Of a stretch of 24,019 nucleotides of DNA, positions 16,436-24,019 are shown piece after piece. Numbering within the stretch: position 1 is the first letter of the stretch; every line of letters starts with the position of its first letter. This DNA is from a virus (lineage: Duplodnaviria > Caudoviricetes), in IMG/VR virus record IMGVR_UViG_3300044300_001022, positions 1 to 24,019 of that record; one strand, given 5' to 3'. The notes beneath the pieces are model-generated. The model was not told the DNA's origin and made no database searches. It saw nothing but the letters and a program-made list of their open reading frames with translations. A program made the position numbers and the translations under genes.

Positions 16436-19400
16436 GTGTCGGAAGATCCACGAACTGCTGCTTTCAAATCGTTGTCTAGCAAGGACAAGCCAAAGCAACA
16501 TAGGATTAAGACGAGGGAAGAAATACTCGCAGATATGGGTATTGCTTCTGCTACTCCTGTTATTAAACCTGTCCAATGGAAAGTTGCACGCCCGATTGAG
16601 CCGTATGTGTATACTCCACCTCCTCCTGAGAAGGGCGGCGGTGGATTCTTAGGTTTCTTGGGTGACGTAATTGGCGTTATTGACACTCCACGTGCTGCCA
16701 TTGTTTCCACTATCAAAGAAACAGGCGATTTGTTTCGGGGTGAAGGGTTTAGTGCTTCTGATTGGTGGAAGCAAACTGGTGACAATATGATGATGGGTGA
16801 AGTGCTACGTGATTGGGGTGTTGACCTTCCTGGTCCTTTGGACTTTGTGGTTGGTCTTGGCCTTGATATAGCTCTTGATCCATTGACGTATTTGGCTGCT
16901 GGTACTTTGTCTGCTAGGTTCGCTAATCCTAATAAGGTTGCTGATGCGTTGTCTTCTGCGTCTAAGACGTATAGGGCTGCTGGTAAGCTTGATGAGGCTG
17001 AGATGTTGTTGAAAGCTGCTGGTAATGTTACTTCAAAGCGCTCTGTTCTTTCTGCTGGAGATGAAGCTCTTAGTCATATAGGTATGGGTGTTGGTTTACG
17101 TATGACAGTGCCTGGAACTGGTCGTATTGGTCGTAACATTATTGAAAAGCCTTTAAGGGCTATCTCTAAGAAAGCTGGGGCCGCTCTTGATGCTAGGCGT
17201 GTGCGTCAGTTGCCTGAAGCGAATCTTCCTGATCTTTTGAAAGGCGCAAATAATCCTTGGGCCAAGCAAGGTAAAAAGTCTTATGATTTTTCTAAGCCTG
17301 CGAATCGGGAAAAGCTGGTGCAGAAGATGAATACGATACGTAAGAATAAGTTGGCTCCTAGGACTGCTTTTACTGATCCTGCTAGACAAGCGATGAGAAT
17401 GCCTGTTGAGATGGTTAGGATACCTATTCCTGGCAATCAGGCATTTCTTAAACTTTCAGCAGGTCTTGCTGGGACTGCGTTTGCGGCTTCTGCCAGTACG
17501 AAGTTTGGTCGTTCGATGGGTAATTTGTTTGGGACTCAGGGTGAGTATAACAGAGCTATTCGTAAAATTGGTAAGGGGATGGCTCAGGGCGATCAGAATG
17601 CTTTGAACATGTATGATTATTTGCGTGTGGCTAAAGGTGCTGCTGATACGGCTAATGTTCGTGTTGGTACTTGGCAGCATTCTACTCTTGAAGAACTTAG
17701 AGATGTTCATACTATGGCTGATGGTCTTGGTGTTAATTACGATGATTTGATGTGGCGTGCTGCTGAGGAACCTTGGCAGCTTGTAGATGACGCTGGTAAT
17801 TCTTTTTTTAATCCTCGTTTGGCAGATATTGGTTTAACTGAATCTGATGAAGTTATGGCGTTGCACGCTAGGGCTCAAAAGTTCTGGGAAAACGCTGGGC
17901 AACGCCTCCAAAGAGAGCTGGAGCCATTTGGTGTTCGTGTTGATCTCATGGACTTTAGGGACGAGTTTTATGTTCCTCGTTTCCTTGATGAGGTGGAAGC
18001 TGAAGGGGTAGTTAAAGGCGTTCGGGCAGATACTGGTAGCAGGGTAACTATCAATACTGCTATTGGGAAGTCAAATGCTTCTGGTCTGGTAGGTAACGCT
18101 TTTTTAAGATCACGCCAGTACATTACTCCTAAAACCATGAGGAACAACTTTCGAGCAGACAAGTCAGATGTTGCAGGTCGAATGGGTATTGGACCTAAGA
18201 ACGCTGACATGATTACTGATGAAATGGTTCATAAGGCTGCTGTTGCTCAAAAGCTTGATGGGGCAAAGAAAGGCACTTTCAAAGTTGGCATGTACACTCC
18301 TGAGCAGCTTGATGCGTTATTTGACGATTTGTTACTTAGCCCAACTGGTGTTTCGTTTGAATATGCGAATGGTTCTAAAGTGTCTAACAGCTACCTTGGA
18401 AGGCAACTGGATGATGTCGAAAGAGCTGGCGGCGTTAGAAGCCAAATGGAAAAAATAGGCGCAGAAGAACTAGGGGCAGACTACAAGAAAATATACACTG
18501 AAGACTTCGATCAGGCTATGGAACGTTATGTTAATCAAGCTTCCCATAGGCTGCGTGAAAATATGTATATGTCGGCTTTGGATAACGCTGGTATAACAAT
18601 CAGGGTCCAGGATCTTGACGGAGCAACAATGTGGTGGGGCCAAGAAAGTAGAAGGATTAGTTCTCAATTAAATGGTTTCCTTAATGACATTGGTAAGGGT
18701 TTAGATGACGCTGATGCTAGGTTGGCTCGTGAAGAACCTTTACTAGATCAAGCTGCTAAACGCAAAACTGCGTATGAAGAAGCTACTGGCGGTGAAGGCA
18801 TTGATGTCGCAAGCGCACGAAAATTTGACCGAGCAAACGAAGAGGTAACTGAAGCTACTCGTCAAATTGGGGAAATTAAAAATATCATAGCTGCTATCAA
18901 TGACCCGAACATTAAGAATTTGCCCGAAGGTATCAGCGTTGACGTTTTTGAGTTGCTTCGACCACCTACGAACAATCCAAGTAGGGGATCAAAGATATTC
19001 AATAAAGCCCTCGTAGACCATGCTGGCTATTTAGACGACGCTGAACAAGCTGTTCTAGTCGTTAACGATATGGCTGAAACAATTAATGACATTACTCAGA
19101 TGAGGGTTAGCATTCAGCAAACGTTAGACGCTATGTCTGGCGCTAGCCCTGCAACAAAGCAACAATTTAAGAACTTACTTGATGAGTTGGACGAAGCTAT
19201 TGAATCAGGGACTCTTGGGGTTCAAGAATTGAACTTGAACTATATGGATAACATTTTGAAAAACGATCCTGGTGTAAGCTTTCTCCACCATTATGATGAG
19301 TTGGGCGAAATTGTTACAAAGGATACGACGTATAAGATAACAAGGAATGGTCGTAAACTTTCTTCCAAAACGTTTACGACACCTGTTGAAAGGGAGTTGC

Positions 19401-21700
19401 GTAACTTTGTGAAACGTATGACTACTGCCGCTAAGAACGCTAAGGATCCTGTCGTTAAGGCCAACATACTTGCAGATGCTAAACGTGTTGAACAGTGGCT
19501 TGACCGTGTGGCTTCTGCTAAGAAGTTATCTTCTCAGTTGGGTGAGCAGCGTATCTATTCTGGTGTGCTTAATTTAATTAAATCTGTTGATGAAGGTGTT
19601 GTTAAGATTGACGAGATAGCTGGAATCAACGTTATCCAAAATCAGATCGACGAAGTAGATCAGTTAATATCGAGTAGCTCTGGTATTAACAACCTTGATC
19701 CTAAGTCGCAAGCTTTGAGAGATACGTTAGAGTCTGAGCTGCGGTATTTGGAGGATGTTAACGAAGCTAATAAAGCTGCTCTTATCGATATACAAACAGA
19801 GTGGGAGCAGAAAGCTGCGTATTGGAATGACTTGTATCAAAAGCGGCAAATAACTGTTGAGGAGCTCACGGCAAGGATAGAATCTTTGAATGATGCTAGA
19901 CAGGTTATGTTGGATCGGGTCCAGTTGGAGATAATTCCAAGGGGGCAGGTCGCAGGGACTCTTTCAGATAGGTTAGCTAATTTAGGTCGTGTAGATTTAC
20001 AATATGCGGATGTGGGCCGTCAGGGAGAGATACCTGTTGGTGCTAAATTTGCTGCTGGGGACGCTCAACGCAAAGCGATAAGTATGATTCGTACCGCTAG
20101 GGGCCAGCACCAGCTTTTTGATGCGTATGGCGGCGCTTTGAACGAGTACATGTTGAAGCATACTTCTATGCAGTTTAAGAATGGGACGATGGTTCCACGC
20201 ACAATAGGGCCAGGTGGTAAGCAAACCTATGGGCGAGCTGAGAGGGCTTTTGCTGGCAGGAGCGTTGTTGGTGAATTTACTGATGATGAGATGGAATTGT
20301 TATTGAATGGGATGGCCACCCTTGGGAAGATGCAGGATCCGCAGCAGCTAGGTGAATTTTGGAAGCGCTACGATAAGTTTCTTAATTGGTGGAAGGCTCA
20401 GGCTGTTACTAGCCCTGGTTTCTTTATGCGAAACCAGATGGGTGGAATGTGGATAAATAATCAGTTGAACGATGTCCCTATGCACACTCATGCACGTGTT
20501 CGACAAATTAGGCAACTTGCGGTGCAAGAAGGAGACGGTAATGCTCTTGTAGGTTTGGAGCGGTTGATTGCCAAAGGAAAGCATGTTGATTTGGGCGGCT
20601 TGTATGGCAGGTTAATTTCTGGCGGTACAGGTATGCGGACTGTAAGTATCGACGAGTTGCGGACTTTCAAGAATTGGTTTGAAACTGGGATGGCTGGTCA
20701 AGGTCAGGTGACGATGGAATTACCTACAGCGTTTGCTGGGGTAAGAGGTGGCGCTTGGAAACAAGGATCTTTGAAACCTTGGCACGTCGATTGGAAGCCT
20801 ATGAACTGGGTTCGTGCTAGAAACGCTGATTCAGAGTTTATGCTTCGTGGTGCTTTAGCGCACCATAATATGATGACAGGCGCTACCGTTGAGGACGCAT
20901 GGAACTCCGTTAGGAAGTTTCATTTTGATTACGGCGATTTAAGCATGGGTGAACGTCGAATAAAGAAAGTTATCCCTTTCTATGTCTGGCAGAGAAATAT
21001 CCTTCCTGTGCTTGTGGAGTCTATAGGTAAGAATCCTAAAGCTTGGGGAAGGTTGCAGCAGGTTAAGGGTGAGCTGGAATTGTATTCAGACCAAGAGGGG
21101 ATGGTCCCACATTGGTTTGGTGAGAACATGGGAATAAGGTTACCTTTCACTAGAGGCGGTAATCGAGTTTATGTGATGCCTGATCTTCCTTTCCGTGATT
21201 TGAATAAAATTACGAAAGAAATGGAAAGCGGTATAGATCTTAAAGGTTTGGGCGAGGGAGTGTTTAGGCTTGGGATGGAATCTGCCTTACCTCCTGTAAA
21301 GCTCCCAATAGAGCTCATGATGGGTAAGCAAATGTTTCAAGGTATCCCCTTTAGCGGAAGATACCAACAAGCTCCTTTCTGGGCGCAAATTCCTGGAGTT
21401 AGCCAAGCTTTGATTACGACAGGTTTAGCCAAACGAGCGAAAAATGGTCGTTTGGTTATGAGAGATAACGATATTTATAGCTTTGACCAGTGGTCACCGT
21501 TGATAGGGAGAATGCGAAGGTTGTTACCTAACGAAAGATCTAAGGAAGAAGCCGCCTTTACTACGTGGATGAATACTATGCTGGGTACTGGCATTAGGGT
21601 TAATACTCCTAGGATGAAATATAGTGAGTTTATACGTCGCCAAAAAGAATTTGAACAAACTTGGAGAGACAATATAGATATTGAAATGAGGGTCAGATGA
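16436..21700 (+). CDS. Large probable internal virion/ejection protein, 1754 aa
   Basis: GLGLDIALDPLTYL N-terminal motif. C-terminal SPGFFMRN and VRKFHFDYGDLS..ER...VIPFYVW segments resemble large podovirus injection proteins. Confidence 0.7.
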   Translation: MSEDPRTAAFKSLSSKDKPKQHRIKTREEILADMGIASATPVIKPVQWKVARPIEPYVYTPPPPEKGGGGFLGFLGDVIGVIDTPRAAIVSTIKETGDLFRGEGFSASDWWKQTGDNMMMGEVLRDWGVDLPGPLDFVVGLGLDIALDPLTYLAAGTLSARFANPNKVADALSSASKTYRAAGKLDEAEMLLKAAGNVTSKRSVLSAGDEALSHIGMGVGLRMTVPGTGRIGRNIIEKPLRAISKKAGAALDARRVRQLPEANLPDLLKGANNPWAKQGKKSYDFSKPANREKLVQKMNTIRKNKLAPRTAFTDPARQAMRMPVEMVRIPIPGNQAFLKLSAGLAGTAFAASASTKFGRSMGNLFGTQGEYNRAIRKIGKGMAQGDQNALNMYDYLRVAKGAADTANVRVGTWQHSTLEELRDVHTMADGLGVNYDDLMWRAAEEPWQLVDDAGNSFFNPRLADIGLTESDEVMALHARAQKFWENAGQRLQRELEPFGVRVDLMDFRDEFYVPRFLDEVEAEGVVKGVRADTGSRVTINTAIGKSNASGLVGNAFLRSRQYITPKTMRNNFRADKSDVAGRMGIGPKNADMITDEMVHKAAVAQKLDGAKKGTFKVGMYTPEQLDALFDDLLLSPTGVSFEYANGSKVSNSYLGRQLDDVERAGGVRSQMEKIGAEELGADYKKIYTEDFDQAMERYVNQASHRLRENMYMSALDNAGITIRVQDLDGATMWWGQESRRISSQLNGFLNDIGKGLDDADARLAREEPLLDQAAKRKTAYEEATGGEGIDVASARKFDRANEEVTEATRQIGEIKNIIAAINDPNIKNLPEGISVDVFELLRPPTNNPSRGSKIFNKALVDHAGYLDDAEQAVLVVNDMAETINDITQMRVSIQQTLDAMSGASPATKQQFKNLLDELDEAIESGTLGVQELNLNYMDNILKNDPGVSFLHHYDELGEIVTKDTTYKITRNGRKLSSKTFTTPVERELRNFVKRMTTAAKNAKDPVVKANILADAKRVEQWLDRVASAKKLSSQLGEQRIYSGVLNLIKSVDEGVVKIDEIAGINVIQNQIDEVDQLISSSSGINNLDPKSQALRDTLESELRYLEDVNEANKAALIDIQTEWEQKAAYWNDLYQKRQITVEELTARIESLNDARQVMLDRVQLEIIPRGQVAGTLSDRLANLGRVDLQYADVGRQGEIPVGAKFAAGDAQRKAISMIRTARGQHQLFDAYGGALNEYMLKHTSMQFKNGTMVPRTIGPGGKQTYGRAERAFAGRSVVGEFTDDEMELLLNGMATLGKMQDPQQLGEFWKRYDKFLNWWKAQAVTSPGFFMRNQMGGMWINNQLNDVPMHTHARVRQIRQLAVQEGDGNALVGLERLIAKGKHVDLGGLYGRLISGGTGMRTVSIDELRTFKNWFETGMAGQGQVTMELPTAFAGVRGGAWKQGSLKPWHVDWKPMNWVRARNADSEFMLRGALAHHNMMTGATVEDAWNSVRKFHFDYGDLSMGERRIKKVIPFYVWQRNILPVLVESIGKNPKAWGRLQQVKGELELYSDQEGMVPHWFGENMGIRLPFTRGGNRVYVMPDLPFRDLNKITKEMESGIDLKGLGEGVFRLGMESALPPVKLPIELMMGKQMFQGIPFSGRYQQAPFWAQIPGVSQALITTGLAKRAKNGRLVMRDNDIYSFDQWSPLIGRMRRLLPNERSKEEAAFTTWMNTMLGTGIRVNTPRMKYSEFIRRQKEFEQTWRDNIDIEMRVR

Positions 21701-22464
21701 GTAAAACAATTATTAGTAGAAAAGGTTGGGGTTCAAGAGGGCCACGAAAACCTTTTAGCTGGTTAAATAAGCGGCGTGTGCAAGGTATTGCTTTGCATCA
21801 TTCTGGTGTGAAGAATGGCCCGAAGGGTGTGGCTGCTGTTAAAGCGTTTGAGCGTCATCATATGGATGCTAATGGTTGGAACGCTATTGCGTATAACTGG
21901 TTGGTTGATGAAGAGGGTGTTATTTATGAGGGGCGTGGCGCTGGCGTTATTTCGGCTGCGACACGACCATATAATAGTAGGACTGAATCTATTTGTTATA
22001 CAGGGGATGGCGATAAGGTTGTTCCTGAGAAGTCGTTGGAGTCTATTCGTTGGCTTATTGGCGATATTCAGGAGCGTTACGGTCAGAAGTTGTGGGTTAA
22101 GGGCCATCGTGATCTTGCATCTACGTCTTGTCCAGGGACTTGGTTGTATAATTGGTTGCAGAGCGGTATGGGGATTACTCGTATGCCTGAACCTCAAGAG
22201 TGGGATGGTATTAAAGCCCAAATAGAGCGTCTTGGAGCTATTGTGGCTAGGAAGCCACTGTCTAGGCGGCGTAGAAGCCGTGGAGAGGCTGTGAGGGTCG
22301 CTCAGGAGCGTCTGAAGGCAATAGGGATAGACCCTGGCCCTGTAGATGGCGTGTTTGGAGGTCGTACACGTATAGCGGTATTGAATTTCCAACGGAAATA
22401 TAAAGACGTGTTGTCAGTCGATGGAGTCATTGGCCGCAACACTTGGAAAGTGTTGTTCTCGTAG
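21697..22464 (+). CDS. Endolysin: PGRP-like N-acetylmuramoyl-L-alanine amidase with C-terminal peptidoglycan-binding domain
   Basis: IISRKGWG, LHHS, GWNAIAYNWLV...IYEGRG, GHRD, TSCPG (His/His/Cys Zn ligands). C-terminal VDGVFG..T..AV..FQ...VDGVIG..TW. Confidence 0.93.
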   Translation: MSKTIISRKGWGSRGPRKPFSWLNKRRVQGIALHHSGVKNGPKGVAAVKAFERHHMDANGWNAIAYNWLVDEEGVIYEGRGAGVISAATRPYNSRTESICYTGDGDKVVPEKSLESIRWLIGDIQERYGQKLWVKGHRDLASTSCPGTWLYNWLQSGMGITRMPEPQEWDGIKAQIERLGAIVARKPLSRRRRSRGEAVRVAQERLKAIGIDPGPVDGVFGGRTRIAVLNFQRKYKDVLSVDGVIGRNTWKVLFS

Positions 22465-22488
22465 TGGGACAGACTTTACATTAAATAG
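22465..22488 (+). promoter_or_regulatory. TGGGACA-N13-ATAG motif, copy 4
   Basis: TGGGACA GACTTTACATTAA ATAG, immediately after the endolysin stop; it runs into the AGGAGG RBS. Confidence 0.72.
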
Positions 22489-22497
22489 GAGGCTATT

Positions 22498-22683
22498 ATG
22501 CCAGAAGGAAAAGGTTACGGAAGTTTCGAGGATACGTTTGGTTCCCAGAACGAACAACCCTATGATTCTACGTCAATTATGAACAAAGCAGACGTAAGTG
22601 AAGCTGCTAAAGCGAATGCAGCGTACTTACGGTCTACTGGATTAGGGAATGCCACCAGTAATGGTCGGCCATTCGGAAAGTAA
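22498..22683 (+). CDS. Hypothetical 61-aa protein (MPEGKGYG N-terminus)
   Basis: Strong AGGAGG RBS, directly downstream of motif copy 4. Confidence 0.75.
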   Translation: MPEGKGYGSFEDTFGSQNEQPYDSTSIMNKADVSEAAKANAAYLRSTGLGNATSNGRPFGK

Positions 22684-22689
22684 AGAATC

Positions 22690-23580
22690 ATGCCAAAGAA
22701 AAAATCCCCAAGCTACCGTGGGCGAGGTAACGTGGACCCTAGGACAGGAAGGCCGTCTAAGCCTAAGCCTAAAGCTCAACCTATAGGGCCAAGGAAACCT
22801 GGTTCAAAGTCTAAAGCTAAACCTATAGGGCCAAGGAAACCTGGTGGGAAGCCTAAAAAACCAGTACCCTATGCAGGAAAGACTGCGGCTAAAAAAAGAG
22901 GTGGCGCAGCAGCTAAGAAACGAGGCACAGCTAATCCAGCTACAGATAGACCAACGATGCGAGGTGGTACAGTAGCCAAGAGAGGCACTACTCCTAAAAA
23001 AGGTCCAGCTAAACCTCGTGTAGAACATAAAGCCAGAAAACCTAAAGTCTCTAAAGGAGCTTCTAAGGGTCGTGTAGAGCATAAGGCAAAGGGGCCAAAA
23101 AGAGGTAAGGCAGATCCACGGACAGCTAGGCCAGGCATGAAGGGTGGAACAGTAGCCAAGAGGGGTAAAACTCCTAAAAAGGGTCCGACTAAATCCAAGC
23201 CTCGTATAGAGCACACCGCTAGAAAACCTAAAGTCTCTAAAGGGGCTTCTAAGGGTCGCATAGAGCATAAGGCGAAAGGCCCGAAAAGAGGCAAGGCAGA
23301 CCCTAGAACTGATAGGCCTACTATGAGAGGTGGCACAGTAGCGGCTCGGAAAAACTACCCATCAAGGGGCAACGTAGATCCTAGAACAGGAACTCCTAAG
23401 CCACGACCTAAACCTTCACGCAATGTGGCGACAGGTGGTGGGCATCACAATCTATTTGATGACTACAACAAATGGAACACAAAGTTCCATGCTGGCGTTA
23501 GAAAAGCAGCAGCTAGAAAAGGTGGCATGGGGACAGGGTTTGTTCCTGGTGTTGCACCAACTAAGAAACGAAAGAAATAG
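22690..23580 (+). CDS. Highly basic Lys/Arg/Pro/Gly repeat protein, histone-H1/protamine-like in composition
   Basis: 296 aa with very few acidic residues. Internal repeats vary mainly at synonymous positions, which supports this frame. Confidence 0.8.
   Translation: MPKKKSPSYRGRGNVDPRTGRPSKPKPKAQPIGPRKPGSKSKAKPIGPRKPGGKPKKPVPYAGKTAAKKRGGAAAKKRGTANPATDRPTMRGGTVAKRGTTPKKGPAKPRVEHKARKPKVSKGASKGRVEHKAKGPKRGKADPRTARPGMKGGTVAKRGKTPKKGPTKSKPRIEHTARKPKVSKGASKGRIEHKAKGPKRGKADPRTDRPTMRGGTVAARKNYPSRGNVDPRTGTPKPRPKPSRNVATGGGHHNLFDDYNKWNTKFHAGVRKAAARKGGMGTGFVPGVAPTKKRKK
22921..23345 (+). repeat. Degenerate tandem repeat, period 180/186 bp (~2.3 copies); a separate 42-bp-period pair lies upstream at ~22770-22845
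   Basis: AGTAGC anchor at 22971, 23151 and 23337. AACCTATAGGGCCAAGGAAACCTGGT occurs twice, 42 bp apart. Confidence 0.9.
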
Positions 23581-23586
23581 GCAGCG

Positions 23587-23772
23587 ATGACAGAGTTAGC
23601 CAAATTCAGTTTAGCTAACTGGCTTGAACGCACCTTATGGACAGCGGCTCAATCTTTTCTAGCCATATTTGTAATAACTGATCTATCTACCTTGACGGCA
23701 GCAGCTACTGCTGGTGGAGCAGCGCTGCTATCTGCTGTTAAAACTTTAGCCCAAGAACGACTTAAATCGTAG
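23587..23772 (+). CDS. Holin, r1t-like
   Basis: WLERTLWTAAQSFLA matches the ERAxxTxAQ pattern. Two hydrophobic helices; ends ALLSAVKTLA; near the endolysin. Confidence 0.75.
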   Translation: MTELAKFSLANWLERTLWTAAQSFLAIFVITDLSTLTAAATAGGAALLSAVKTLAQERLKS

Positions 23773-23777
23773 CCCTC

Positions 23778-24019
23778 ATGTCATATGAGGAATACTATGT
23801 CGGTCCATCAGATGAGTTTGAAGACCGTTGGGCTGACTTCATGGCTATTGAGGGGTTAGACATAGAGGTAGAAGTCGCTGAAGAAATACGATCTAATTTA
23901 ACCAAGTTAGATATTATGGATGGCACTCACGGTCAATGGCATGACGGGCGACTAGGTGTGCTCATTGTCTTTGACAATGAAGAAGCACGAAACATTGTTA
24001 AACATTGGAAAGAGTCCTT
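23778..24019 (+). CDS. Hypothetical acidic protein, 3'-truncated
   Basis: Open from ATG 23778 to the window end: MSYEEYYVGPSDEFEDRWADFMAIEGLD... Confidence 0.65.
   Translation, partial: MSYEEYYVGPSDEFEDRWADFMAIEGLDIEVEVAEEIRSNLTKLDIMDGTHGQWHDGRLGVLIVFDNEEARNIVKHWKES

Noticed and set aside
21763-23336. Long antisense ORFs (209, 154 and 155 aa) over the endolysin and basic protein
   Set aside because: They lack recognisable motifs and fully overlap well-supported + strand genes. Codon bias and repeats explain them.
22770-23345. CRISPR-like array
   Set aside because: Repeat periods are multiples of three, with synonymous variation and no unique spacers, so these are coding repeats.
1-24019. 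tRNA, rRNA, integrase, transposase or intrinsic terminators
   Set aside because: None was recognised by eye, and intergenic gaps are about 60 bp or less. A covariance-model scan was not possible.

Overview
This window is the packaging, virion-morphogenesis and lysis region of a tailed dsDNA phage with podovirus-like organisation. No tape measure or major tail tube gene is visible. Nearly all genes are on the + strand and are tightly coupled. The order is: partial Pro/Thr- and Glu/Asp-rich protein, two small membrane proteins, one antisense 2OG-Fe(II) oxygenase, terminase large subunit, portal, scaffold, major capsid, adaptor, nozzle-like protein, two fibre proteins (one collagen-like), fibre chaperone, three probable ejection proteins, amidase endolysin, a very basic repetitive protein and an r1t-like holin. 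The main unusual points are: (1) TerL is split into separate ATPase and nuclease genes, with an AT-richer PP-loop/PAPS-reductase-like gene inserted exactly between them and coupled by ATGA/GTGA overlaps. (2) A fixed-spacing motif, TGGGACA-N13-ATAG, occurs four times at module boundaries and is a probable late promoter. (3) The oxygenase and TerL start codons overlap head-to-head in one CATG, with a candidate leaderless extended -10 promoter inside TerL. (4) A histone-H1-like Lys/Arg/Pro repeat protein lies inside the lysis cassette. An actinobacterial host is inferred but not shown. All product calls come from motif recognition and gene order; no searches were run.
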